A stretch of 36,402 bases of DNA from Desulfobacterales bacterium. GTDB lineage: Bacteria > Desulfobacterota > Desulfobacteria > Desulfobacterales > UBA11574. The DNA lies in NCBI GenBank assembly GCA_050123915.1, contig JASFGF010000001.1, positions 1 to 36,402 of the forward strand, read 5' to 3'. Of this stretch, positions 1-8,856 are shown piece after piece. A program made the position numbers and the translations under genes. Each line of letters opens with the position of its first letter. Position 1 is the first letter of the stretch. Below the pieces are notes generated by a model. That model was not told the origin of the DNA. It saw nothing but the letters and a program-made list of their open reading frames with translations, and searched no databases.

Positions 1-1232
1 GTTTCATCTAGTTTTGCATCTGCAGGTATTCCTTCAAAATGAAGAGAATTATATACATTGTTCTTAAATTCCTTTGGGAGATCCGAGATTTTTATTTGAT
101 TGCTTTGGCACAAAACCATGGCCCGTTCTATAACATTTTCCAGCTCTCGAACATTTCCGGGCCAAGCATAATCATAAAAAAGACGCTCGACCTCTGAATC
201 AAGACCCGTTATTGAAATGTCAGATTTTCGTTCATCTTTATATTTATTTATAAAGTGGTCGACCAACATGCGAATATCTTCTTTGCGTTCCCTTAAAATC
301 GGCATAACGATATGGACCACATTCAGTCGATAGTAGAGATCTTCCCTAAATCTGCCCAGTAACATCTCATCTTTTAGTCTCTTGTTTGTAGCGGCTATAA
401 TACGAATATCTACGGATATTTGTTTAATTCCCCCAACCCGTTCAAAAACTTTTTCCTGAAGGACTCGCAAAAGTTTTACCTGAAGATTTTGTGAAAGCTC
501 ACCGATTTCGTCAAGAAAAAGAGTGCCTCCGTCCGCAAGCTCGAAACGACCTTTTTTCATCGCAACAGCACCGGTGAAAGCACCTCTTTCATGTCCAAAA
601 AGCTCGCTTTCAAGGAGATTTTCAGCAAGCGCACTACAGTTAACGGCAACGAAAGGCTTGTCACGACGTAAACTATTAAAATGTATCGATTTTGCAACCA
701 ATTCTTTTCCGGTACCGCTTTCACCTTCTATCAATACCGTCGTGGTGGCTGGTGCAACTTTTCGTATGGTTTCAAAAACATCCTGCATCACTTTGCTTTT
801 TCCAATGATATTTCCGAAACTATACTGTAATTTTACATCGTCCCTGAGTTGCCGGTGTTCTTTGACAACCCGAGACATGCTTACAGCCTTATTCACATAT
901 ACAATCAACTGGTCATTATCGAAAGGTTTGAGTATATAACTGTAAGCACCTTTCTGCATGGCCTCTACAGCCTTATCTACAGTGCCGTGAGCTGTCATCA
1001 TAATGACCGGAAGATCCTGATTTTTATCTTTTATTCTCTCCAAAAGTTCAATACCATCCATGGATGGCATTTTCATGTCGGTAAGTACAAGGTCTATGTC
1101 GGTATTTGCAAGTATTTCAAGCGCTTCACGACCGCTGTTGGCAGTAAAGGTTTCGAAGCCTTCTTCTTCAAGAATCGCACTCAGTATCAGCGGATAATTT
1201 TTTTGATCATCTACAATCAGGACGGTTTCCAT
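1..1232 (-). CDS. sigma-54-dependent (NtrC-family) response regulator, C-terminus beyond the left edge; PilR-like by context
   Basis: My own minus-strand translation from the ATG at 1232 reads METVLIVDDQKNYPL... It has a receiver domain (DLVLTDMKMPSMDG) and an AAA+ activator core (VLIEGESGTGKE Walker A, ERGAFTGA sigma-54 contact loop, DGGTLFLDEIGEL Walker B). It is absent from the ORF track because there is no stop codon inside the window. Confidence 0.9.
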   Translation of the reverse strand, partial: METVLIVDDQKNYPLILSAILEEEGFETFTANSGREALEILANTDIDLVLTDMKMPSMDGIELLERIKDKNQDLPVIMMTAHGTVDKAVEAMQKGAYSYILKPFDNDQLIVYVNKAVSMSRVVKEHRQLRDDVKLQYSFGNIIGKSKVMQDVFETIRKVAPATTTVLIEGESGTGKELVAKSIHFNSLRRDKPFVAVNCSALAENLLESELFGHERGAFTGAVAMKKGRFELADGGTLFLDEIGELSQNLQVKLLRVLQEKVFERVGGIKQISVDIRIIAATNKRLKDEMLLGRFREDLYYRLNVVHIVMPILRERKEDIRMLVDHFINKYKDERKSDISITGLDSEVERLFYDYAWPGNVRELENVIERAMVLCQSNQIKISDLPKEFKNNVYNSLHFEGIPADAKLDE

Positions 1233-1290
1233 TACGATACCCTTTAATTAGTGTCCATCCATAAATCTATATTGAGCAAAAATTAGGTTT

Positions 1291-1425
1291 CCAATCCAGA
1301 AATTAGCAATTTTTCGCGAGGTCAACAAAATCAGGGAATAACGAGGAAGCATACGAGTGGTACGCCGCACAAGTAATTCCACAGATTGACGCAGAGATTG
1401 CGAAAAGGAGCAATTTCTGGATGGG
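1291..1425. repeat. inverted-repeat hairpin element, copy C of an intergenic repeat family
   Basis: The left arm is ccaatccagaaattagcaatttttcgc (1291-1317). The reverse complement of the right arm (1400-1425) is cccatccagaaattgctccttttcgc. Pairing is 2 bp, one mismatch, 11 bp, an internal loop, then 7 bp (ttttcgc/gcgaaaa). The right-arm block gagattgcgaaaaggagcaatttctggat resembles copies B and D. Confidence 0.6.
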
Positions 1426-1427
1426 AA

Positions 1428-2933
1428 CTAATTAACAGGTAATATGACCTCGACACGAGTTCCGGCAACCGGTTTATTATCAATGCTTACACTTCCGTTA
1501 TGTGATTCGATAATGTTTTTCACAATACCAAGCCCCAGTCCGGTTCCCTTTGCCTTTGTTGTAAAAAAGGGATCCCATATTTTTTCCATTATATCTTTGG
1601 GTATGCCTTCACCCTCATCTTCAAACACGATTGTCACGGTGTTATCTCCCGCACTAACTTTTACATAAATTGTGCCGCCTTCAGACATTGCCTGCATGGC
1701 ATTTATTAAAATGTTAAGGAACGCCTGATAAAGCATATCAGCATCAGCATTTATTTCCGGGAGGTCATTATCGTAATGTTTTTTGATAATATAACCTTCC
1801 TTTTTGATCTGTGGTGCCAAAAAATTGATGTTTTTTTCGAGAACATTTTCTATGTGACAGGCTGTAAGATATGGACTTTTGGGTTTCGCAAAATTTAAGA
1901 AATCGGTTATAATATTATTTAACCGAACAGATTCTTCAATAATGATATCCGGAATTGAACTTGAAGGATCACGACCGGCCATTTTTTTCTTTAAAAGTTC
2001 AGATGAACTTCTTATAATACCCAATGGATTACGAATTTCATGGGATATTCCGGCCACCATTTCACCCAATGTCGATAAGTGTTCAGCACGATTCAGTTGT
2101 TCTATGAGCTTAAGTCTCTCCTGGGCACGCCTTTCTATGATACTTTCACCCCTCTTAACCACAAACAAAAGAACTAAAAAGAGAGCACCCATAACCACTG
2201 AAGCGGTGATAACAACACGTATTTGAAAATCGAAAATCGATTTATAATCTTCGGTTAAGTCTTGTACGATTTCCACAACCCCCAACACCGGACCGGATAT
2301 CCTGGAAAGCGGTTGCTCTGCACGCAAAGGGGCAAATGATATTAATCGACTATTCTGTGGAAATCCGAGTAAAATTTTAAACCAGTTTCCGTTTTGAATT
2401 AGTTTTGAAGTTGATTTTCCCAAAATGGCATCTTTATACCCTTTACCCCCAACATTTTCTTTGCCGATCACCGTATGGTCGAAACTGTACGAAATTGTAT
2501 TGCTCATGTCATAGATGTTGACCATATCGACCTTGAAACTGTGAAGTGTACTTCTGACGACCTTGTCCATGCGTTCAAACTGTTTTTCGTCACTCAGTCG
2601 GATCTTGCCGAATTTCAATGCAACAGGAATGATAAATTGTAAAAAGACCTGATGGTTAAGATTTTCGATTAGAAGGTGGGCGTAGTCTTCACTTTTTTTT
2701 TTCTGCATGGCTTTTGCCCAGTGCGTGTTGAGCAAAGAAAAAACCAGTGTCCCGATAAATATTACGATCAGGCTTGAAAAGGTAAAGTATTTGACCAACC
2801 TAAAAGGCTTGACTTTTTCTTCTGCTGAGTAGCGGTTCATAGACAAGGTTAAAGTTTTGAATGTCCAATGCCGATATTTCAATTTAATGGTATGCAAATG
2901 CAAAAAAACACAAAAGAACCATACTGATTTCAA
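1428..2933 (-). CDS. membrane sensor histidine kinase (two TM segments, extracytoplasmic domain, HisKA + HATPase_c); PilS-like only by context
   Basis: H-box ISHEIRNPLGII, N-box LNILINAMQAM, G-boxes FEDEGEGIP and GTGLGLGIV. TM segments are FTFSSLIVIFIGTLVFSLL and VVITASVVMGALFLVLLFVV. A more likely start is the ATG at 2840 (MNRYSAEEK); neither candidate start has a clear SD. Confidence 0.85.
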   Translation of the reverse strand: MKSVWFFCVFLHLHTIKLKYRHWTFKTLTLSMNRYSAEEKVKPFRLVKYFTFSSLIVIFIGTLVFSLLNTHWAKAMQKKKSEDYAHLLIENLNHQVFLQFIIPVALKFGKIRLSDEKQFERMDKVVRSTLHSFKVDMVNIYDMSNTISYSFDHTVIGKENVGGKGYKDAILGKSTSKLIQNGNWFKILLGFPQNSRLISFAPLRAEQPLSRISGPVLGVVEIVQDLTEDYKSIFDFQIRVVITASVVMGALFLVLLFVVKRGESIIERRAQERLKLIEQLNRAEHLSTLGEMVAGISHEIRNPLGIIRSSSELLKKKMAGRDPSSSIPDIIIEESVRLNNIITDFLNFAKPKSPYLTACHIENVLEKNINFLAPQIKKEGYIIKKHYDNDLPEINADADMLYQAFLNILINAMQAMSEGGTIYVKVSAGDNTVTIVFEDEGEGIPKDIMEKIWDPFFTTKAKGTGLGLGIVKNIIESHNGSVSIDNKPVAGTRVEVILPVN

Positions 2934-3171
2934 ATAAGAATAATTAAATTCTATTTTTTCAATTATATAAGAAAATCGACCCTTAAAGTCAAGATAATGC
3001 TTTATTTCATCCAGGCTAAAATGATGGCATCATTTTTAAAAAAACAATCCGGCCCACGGATACATGAGGATTTATAACAGAAACTTTCCAGGCGATCGCT
3101 TGGGCATACGGTACTTCAGCTTAAATTTTAATTGCATTATTTCATTGTATTTATTTTATCTTTAGTTATAT

Positions 3172-3189
3172 AATACTATATATAGTATT
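3172..3189. promoter_or_regulatory. perfect 18-bp palindrome AATACTATATATAGTATT in the divergent kinase / XRE-pil promoter region
   Basis: aatactata is followed directly by its reverse complement tatagtatt. It lies in a 427-bp, very AT-rich non-coding gap (2934-3360). Confidence 0.2.
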
Positions 3190-3255
3190 TTTATTTAAAA
3201 AACCACAAAATAAAGTAATTAATTAAAATTTGCCTATAATTATACATAAAAGTTC

Positions 3256-3284
3256 TTGAGTTAGGCAATAATATAGGGTAAACT
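3256..3284 (+). promoter_or_regulatory. candidate sigma-70 promoter for the XRE-pilMNOPQ transcript
   Basis: TTGAGT (3256-3261), a 17-nt spacer, then TAAACT (3279-3284). This lies about 75 nt upstream of the ATG at 3361. It rests on a pattern match only. Confidence 0.2.
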
Positions 3285-3360
3285 ACTGGATATTGTATTT
3301 GGGACTTTTGTTCAAAAGATATATTGGATCGAATGAATACTTTATTATAAAGGTTTTTGA

Positions 3361-3558
3361 ATGAGAGGTAACCGCGTAAAAAAAATTCGGGAATCTTTGC
3401 TGATGAGCAAGACAGAACTTGCCAGAAAGGCCAATGTATCTCCTATTACAATTGCGCGTATAGAAAGAGGAATGCCATGTCGTCTTGAAACTCAGCGAAA
3501 AATTATTTTGGCCCTTGGTTTCAACCTTTCTGATAAAAAAAAGATTTTTGGTGATTAA
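3361..3558 (+). CDS. small XRE-family helix-turn-helix transcriptional regulator (65 aa)
   Basis: It has an HTH_3-type pattern: LLMSKTELARKANVSPITIARIERG. Its stop lies 9 nt before pilM on the same strand. Confidence 0.75.
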   Translation: MRGNRVKKIRESLLMSKTELARKANVSPITIARIERGMPCRLETQRKIILALGFNLSDKKKIFGD

Positions 3559-3567
3559 GAAAATATT

Positions 3568-4623
3568 ATGTTTCTTTTGAAAAAAAACCGGCTTGTTGGC
3601 CTGGACATAGGATCTCGGACATTAAAGCTTGCTGAAATTATTGATACAAAAGCCGGATCTTCCCTAAAGAACTTCAGCACAATCAATATTGAACCCGGCC
3701 TCATCGAAGAGGGATCTGTTCGAGATCCTGAAGCGGTTTCCGGTTATATTCGTGAACTCTTTAAATCCATCAAAGTCAAAGATAAAGACGTCGCCATATC
3801 CATTGGAGGATACTCGGTTATTGTTAAAAAAATCAACGTCCAGACAATGACGGAAGATGAATTACACGAAACGATCCATTTTGAAGCAGAACAATATATC
3901 CCATTCGACATCAGTGAAGTTAATTTAGATTTTCAAATACTCGGAGAAAGCGAACACAATCCCAACCAGATGAATGTACTTCTGGTCGCCGCCAAGAAAG
4001 AGATGATTGGTGAATATATCAATCTCATGAAAATGGCAAAACTTCACCCCCGCATCATAGATGTAGATGCTTTTGCACTTCAAAATATTTTTAAATTTAA
4101 CTATTCTTCCGAAAACGAAAATATTGCCCTGATCGACATCGGCGCCAGTAAAACATCATTGAATATTCTAAAAGATAATATTTCTGAATTTATGCGCGAT
4201 GTTTCACTTGGATGCGAACAAATTAATGAAAAGATTGCATCTACAGTCGGTTGCACAATTGAGGAAACAGAAACGATCAAACTCGGTGAAGAATCAGATA
4301 TTATATCTGCTGAAGATTTGAAAGAAATTGTTGAATCCGTGGTCGCTGATTGGTGTATTGAAATAAAACGCGCCCTTGATTTCTTTTACTCTTCATATCC
4401 TGAGGAACAAATTAGCAGGATTGTGTTAAGCGGTGGTGGCGCCAATATTAAAAAATTTATTGAACTTCTAGCAGCCGAAACATCAGCAGAAGTTGAAGTG
4501 ATAAACCCATTTCAGAATCTTATTGTGGACAGCAACCGGTTTGATGCTTCTTATCTTGAACAGATCGCTCCACAAGCTGCGATCTGTATGGGACTTGCAA
4601 CACGAAAAATTGGTGACAAATGA
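3568..4623 (+). CDS. pilM: type IV pilus assembly protein PilM (actin-like ATPase fold)
   Basis: N-terminus LVGLDIGSRTLKLAEI, length 351 aa. It is the first gene of a coupled M-N-O-P-Q series; its stop overlaps the pilN start (ATGA at 4620-4623). Confidence 0.9.
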   Translation: MFLLKKNRLVGLDIGSRTLKLAEIIDTKAGSSLKNFSTINIEPGLIEEGSVRDPEAVSGYIRELFKSIKVKDKDVAISIGGYSVIVKKINVQTMTEDELHETIHFEAEQYIPFDISEVNLDFQILGESEHNPNQMNVLLVAAKKEMIGEYINLMKMAKLHPRIIDVDAFALQNIFKFNYSSENENIALIDIGASKTSLNILKDNISEFMRDVSLGCEQINEKIASTVGCTIEETETIKLGEESDIISAEDLKEIVESVVADWCIEIKRALDFFYSSYPEEQISRIVLSGGGANIKKFIELLAAETSAEVEVINPFQNLIVDSNRFDASYLEQIAPQAAICMGLATRKIGDK

Positions 4624-5267
4624 TACGAATCAATCTGCTCCCTTATCGCGAATCAAGAAAAAAAGAGAGTGCTCTCAGGCAGATAAACATATTTCTTGCA
4701 GTTTTCTTTATTGTATTTATCATCCTTCTTATTTTTAATATACGACTGGGGAAAAAAATCGATGATCTAAATACAAAAATAAAAAACACAAAAACCTTGT
4801 TGGCTCAAGCTGAAATGCAATCAAAAAAGGTGGATCAAATAAAAACGGCGCTCGAAAAATTAGGACATAAAACAGATGTTATAAAAAGTATCGAAGGAAA
4901 TCGAAGGGCATCGGTCATCCTTCTTGAAAACATGACGAAAATGGTCGCTGAAAAAACATCCACTTCGACGCCCGATACATCAGAAGACAATGATAACAAA
5001 CCCGTTAAAAGATTATGGTTCACCCACTTTGAGGCAGCCGGCGGAAAGGTAAATATCAAAGGGATTGCATTGGACAATAAAACCATCGCCGATTTTATGA
5101 GTCGCCTGGAAGAATCAAAACTTTATAATAATGTAAATTTGAAAACAATAAAACAACAAAAGGTAGAAAAATTAAATCTGAAACAATTTGAAATTGGATG
5201 TGCAATAGCCTCTTCGAAAAAACCGGAAGAGAAAAATGATGCCGGCTCAAAGCCGGACCAAAAATAA
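4620..5267 (+). CDS. pilN: type IV pilus assembly protein PilN
   Basis: It has the MIRINLLPYRE N-terminal motif, a single TM segment and a coiled coil, and sits between pilM and pilO. Confidence 0.85.
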   Translation: MIRINLLPYRESRKKESALRQINIFLAVFFIVFIILLIFNIRLGKKIDDLNTKIKNTKTLLAQAEMQSKKVDQIKTALEKLGHKTDVIKSIEGNRRASVILLENMTKMVAEKTSTSTPDTSEDNDNKPVKRLWFTHFEAAGGKVNIKGIALDNKTIADFMSRLEESKLYNNVNLKTIKQQKVEKLNLKQFEIGCAIASSKKPEEKNDAGSKPDQK

Positions 5268-5896
5268 TGAAAAAAATAGACACCTCAAAAATAACAAATC
5301 TGTTTTTCGAAACCATCGATAAGATTGGAAAACTGTCCAAACTATACAAAATCTTGCTGTGTTTGGGACTCTTTTTACTGCTTGTCGGGCCTTTTGTTTA
5401 TTTTTCCTTTCTTCCTAAAATCACTAAAATCAACGCGTTAAAAAAGGAGCACACAACGCTGCAAACCCGGCTTGTCACGGCAACAGCAAAAGCGAATCGG
5501 CTGAAATACTATCAGGCCAAGCTAAAAGATGCGGAAATTGAATTTAAAATTGTCACGAAAAAGCTTCCTGAAAAAACAGAAATACCGACGCTATTGTCAA
5601 GTGTATCCCAATCCGGTCGTGACGCCGGTCTGGAATTCTTGCTGTTTCAACCGGAGTCTGAAAAAAACCAAGATTTTTATGCTGAAATCCCTGTATCAAT
5701 GAAAGTAGCGGGGAATTATCATAATGTTGCTCTTTTTTTCGACAAGGTGGCAAGATTATCTAGAATCGTAAATATCGACGACATAAAAATGGACTCCACA
5801 AAAGGCAACATGGACCTAATAACGTCTTGTAAGGCTGTCACTTATCGGTTTGTTGAAACAAAACCTGAAAAAGCGTCATCATCAAAGAAAAAATAG
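5267..5896 (+). CDS. pilO: type IV pilus assembly protein PilO
   Basis: One TM segment, a coiled coil, then an alpha/beta domain (IPVSMKVAGNYHNVALFFDKVARLSRIVNI). The start overlaps the pilN stop by 1 nt. Confidence 0.85.
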   Translation: MKKIDTSKITNLFFETIDKIGKLSKLYKILLCLGLFLLLVGPFVYFSFLPKITKINALKKEHTTLQTRLVTATAKANRLKYYQAKLKDAEIEFKIVTKKLPEKTEIPTLLSSVSQSGRDAGLEFLLFQPESEKNQDFYAEIPVSMKVAGNYHNVALFFDKVARLSRIVNIDDIKMDSTKGNMDLITSCKAVTYRFVETKPEKASSSKKK

Positions 5897-5911
5897 TCGA
5901 AACCTTAAATC

Positions 5912-6541
5912 ATGGATAAACATTCTGTTCTTATACGCCGTTTCGTTTGTATGATTTGTTTTTTTCCTCTGTTGTGGGGTTGTGAAAAACCATCTGAACC
6001 TCCTCTAAAAACAAAACAAATTACGAAAAAAATCATTGTTCAAAAAAAGGATGTTCAAAAAGCGACAGCCATACCGGAAGGGACAGCGCCTGCTGATATT
6101 TCAAACTCAAAACAAAAACCAGATGCTGAAAAATCGTCGGCACCCAAGAAAATCAACGTAGCGGAAATCAGAGATTTATATAGTCCTGAAGGAAAGTTGG
6201 ATCCATTTGAGCCACTTTTTAAAAAAGAACGTGTCTCGCTGACTGCCGGAAAGAAAAAAATCAAACGGCGCAAACCCCTTACACCCCTTGAAAGGGTAAA
6301 TCTAAGCCAGCTAACCCTTGTGGGAATTATAACGGCTCCAAGCGGCAGCAGGGCGTTGGTTCAGGAGTCTTCCGGAAAAGGGTATGTCGTAAAAAAGGGA
6401 ACTTATATCGGAACAAATTCGGGTAAAATTGTACAAATATTAAAGGACAGGATCATTATCGAAGAAGAGAGTGAAGATATTTATGGCAAAGCTTCTATCG
6501 TAAAAAAACCACTTAAACTTCAGAAACCTCCTGGAGAATAG
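5912..6541 (+). CDS. pilP: type IV pilus assembly lipoprotein PilP
   Basis: Lipobox LLWGC, a Lys/Pro-rich linker, and a C-terminal beta domain (LTLVGIITAPSGSRALVQESSGKGYVVKKGTYIG). It lies immediately upstream of the secretin gene. Confidence 0.8.
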   Translation: MDKHSVLIRRFVCMICFFPLLWGCEKPSEPPLKTKQITKKIIVQKKDVQKATAIPEGTAPADISNSKQKPDAEKSSAPKKINVAEIRDLYSPEGKLDPFEPLFKKERVSLTAGKKKIKRRKPLTPLERVNLSQLTLVGIITAPSGSRALVQESSGKGYVVKKGTYIGTNSGKIVQILKDRIIIEEESEDIYGKASIVKKPLKLQKPPGE

Positions 6542-6542
6542 C

Positions 6543-8834
6543 ATGAATTGTAAGATAAAAAAACCGTTAAATTTGAGAATACTATCCTCTTTTTTGGTAA
6601 TTTTGCTGCCCATGTTTATCGGGTGTGCTTCAAATACCAAGGCAGTCAAAGAAACCAAAAAGCTTACTGCTGAATCTTCTACCCAAAAGCTTATCACACA
6701 AATAAGCGCGGTGGAAAATACCGAAACAAGCGACGTACGTGTTGGCGGAAATCAACTGCTGACGTATACATCCGTTAAACAGTCGTCACCTCCAGGCGTT
6801 CTGCTTTATTTCCCTGAAACAGAATTTGACAGTATCGATACCAACTACCACCCGGAAAGTGATGTTGTTGCCTCAATCAAAACTTCTGAATTAACCGATA
6901 AAGGTCAAACATCCCGTATCGAAATTGTACTAAAAGAAGATGTTCCTTATGAAGTCATCCGTGAAGACAAAGACCTCATCATATCATTCAAAAAACCAGC
7001 CACTGTTACACAGACCCTGGAACAAACAGAAAAATCGAGTGTTGAATTAAAAGATAGTGCCCAAAAGCCCAACTCGGTTACCGAAAAGATGTCACCCGTT
7101 AAAACCTCAACCCCTCAGGCTTTGCAATTACAAGCCAATGAAAAAAAGCCTGCCTGGGTGAATCGAATCGATTTTTCAAGTGAAAGGGACGGCAAATCGA
7201 CGCTTATTATTGGAACGACAATTCCAGCCAAATATGATTTAAAAAAAATCAATGATAAAAAGCTGTTGCTTAACCTTTATTCCTCAATGTTACCGGACTA
7301 TCGCAAGCGACCTTTAATTACCACACGTTTTGAAAGCGCTGTGGACCGCATCATACCATTTCAGACATCTGCCATGAAAGACAAATCCGGATTTATTATC
7401 GAACTGCGCGAATCCGTGCCTTATTTTATCGAGCAGACTGACAATCTTCTTTTCCTACATTTTGAAGCATCTTCAATCTCCCCCAAACCTCTTGATAAAG
7501 CCAAACTTCCCCCCTGGGAGAAAGTGATGACTCAGACGGTTTCACAAACAGAACCTATTGAACCGGAAGTACCTGCAAAGAAAAAATTTAGAACCAAAAT
7601 GGGAAAATATACGGGCGAAAAAATAGCGCTCAATTTTTTTGAAACCGATATAAAAAATGTGTTTCGCATTTTAATGGACGTCAGCGGAAAAAATTTCGCC
7701 ATTGATAAAGATGTTTCCGGACAGGTGACGTTATCGTTTGACAAGCCTGTACCTTGGGATCAAGTCCTTGATTTGGTTCTAAAAATGAATCGTCTCGGGA
7801 TGGTTTTCGAAGGAGATATTATACGCATTGCCACCCTTAAAACATTAAGAGAGGAAGAAGAGGAACGCCAAGAAATGTTGGCCGCAGAACAAAAGGTCAA
7901 GGATCAGAAAAAACAGCTTTCACCATTGATAACGGAATACATCCCCGTCAGCTATGCAAATGCCAAAGATGATGTGGCACCTCATATAGTACCGACCCAA
8001 GGACGCGGCAGCATCACCGTCGATGCAAGAAACAATCAAATTATCATTACAGACATTGCTGAAAAAGTACAAAAGGCTAAAGAAATCATTAAAAAAATCG
8101 ATAAGGTCACACCGCAGGTGATGATCGAAGCCAGGATTGTCGAAGCCACCGACACCTTTGGCAGGGAAATCGGAACGTCATGGTCGATCTCCGGCACCAG
8201 GACAGATGGCAGTTTAGGGGGGACGCTGGGTTACGATATGAGTGCAACAAATCCGCCAACCACCAGTCTGGGTACCATCGGAGTTACATTTTCAAGACTG
8301 ATCGGCAATACATTCCGCGTGGTAGATGCAAGGCTGGCGGCATCGGAGTCTGAAGGCACCGTTAAAATCATATCCGCTCCAAAAATATTAACCCTTGACA
8401 ATAAACCCGCGAAGATCAAACAGGGGCTGGCGTATCCGTATAATAAGCTGGACGCGGATGGCAACACCACAACTGAGTTTAAAGACATCGCCCTTGAACT
8501 GGAAGTGACCCCGCATATTACGCCGGATGAACGCGTCACAATGAAAATTGTCATAAAAAACAATGAGATCGGCGCCGTTATTAATAACCAAATATCCTTC
8601 ACCACCAAAGAAGCCTATACAGAACTTCTGGTGGACGACGGAGATACCATCGTTATCGGCGGGATTAGAAAAACAAGGACAGATAATGGGGAAGAAGGTC
8701 TCCCATACCTAAGAAAGATACCGGTTCTTGGCTGGCTCTTTAAAACTAAATCAGATGAAGAATCACGCGAAGAGTTGTTGATTTTTATCACACCCAGAGT
8801 CGTTCAGCTGGCACAAGTCAATTCCACGAATTGA
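6543..8834 (+). CDS. pilQ: type IV pilus secretin PilQ (AMIN-type N-terminal repeats, N0/N1, secretin domain)
   Basis: C-terminal secretin signature (VMIEARIVEA ... KIISAPKILTLDNKPAKIKQG ... IPVLGWLFK ... ELLIFITPRVV). There are two similar N-terminal beta modules (EIVLKEDVPYEV / IIELRESVPYFI). The N-terminus ends in a lipobox-like MFIGC. Confidence 0.9.
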   Translation: MNCKIKKPLNLRILSSFLVILLPMFIGCASNTKAVKETKKLTAESSTQKLITQISAVENTETSDVRVGGNQLLTYTSVKQSSPPGVLLYFPETEFDSIDTNYHPESDVVASIKTSELTDKGQTSRIEIVLKEDVPYEVIREDKDLIISFKKPATVTQTLEQTEKSSVELKDSAQKPNSVTEKMSPVKTSTPQALQLQANEKKPAWVNRIDFSSERDGKSTLIIGTTIPAKYDLKKINDKKLLLNLYSSMLPDYRKRPLITTRFESAVDRIIPFQTSAMKDKSGFIIELRESVPYFIEQTDNLLFLHFEASSISPKPLDKAKLPPWEKVMTQTVSQTEPIEPEVPAKKKFRTKMGKYTGEKIALNFFETDIKNVFRILMDVSGKNFAIDKDVSGQVTLSFDKPVPWDQVLDLVLKMNRLGMVFEGDIIRIATLKTLREEEEERQEMLAAEQKVKDQKKQLSPLITEYIPVSYANAKDDVAPHIVPTQGRGSITVDARNNQIIITDIAEKVQKAKEIIKKIDKVTPQVMIEARIVEATDTFGREIGTSWSISGTRTDGSLGGTLGYDMSATNPPTTSLGTIGVTFSRLIGNTFRVVDARLAASESEGTVKIISAPKILTLDNKPAKIKQGLAYPYNKLDADGNTTTEFKDIALELEVTPHITPDERVTMKIVIKNNEIGAVINNQISFTTKEAYTELLVDDGDTIVIGGIRKTRTDNGEEGLPYLRKIPVLGWLFKTKSDEESREELLIFITPRVVQLAQVNSTN

Positions 8835-8856
8835 TGTATTGTCATTTTTTATTGTT

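Noticed and set aside
523-1247. Plus-strand ORFs 523-939 and 849-1247.
   Set aside because: They are antisense to the NtrC-family regulator, whose minus-strand frame has unmistakable receiver and AAA+ motifs.
3011-3120. A possible further relic of the repeat family in the AT-rich region (atccaggctaaaatg ..., gaggatttataac, gcatacggtac).
   Set aside because: It shares only short words with copies B, C and D, and I could not find a complementary right arm. It is too weak to report as a copy.
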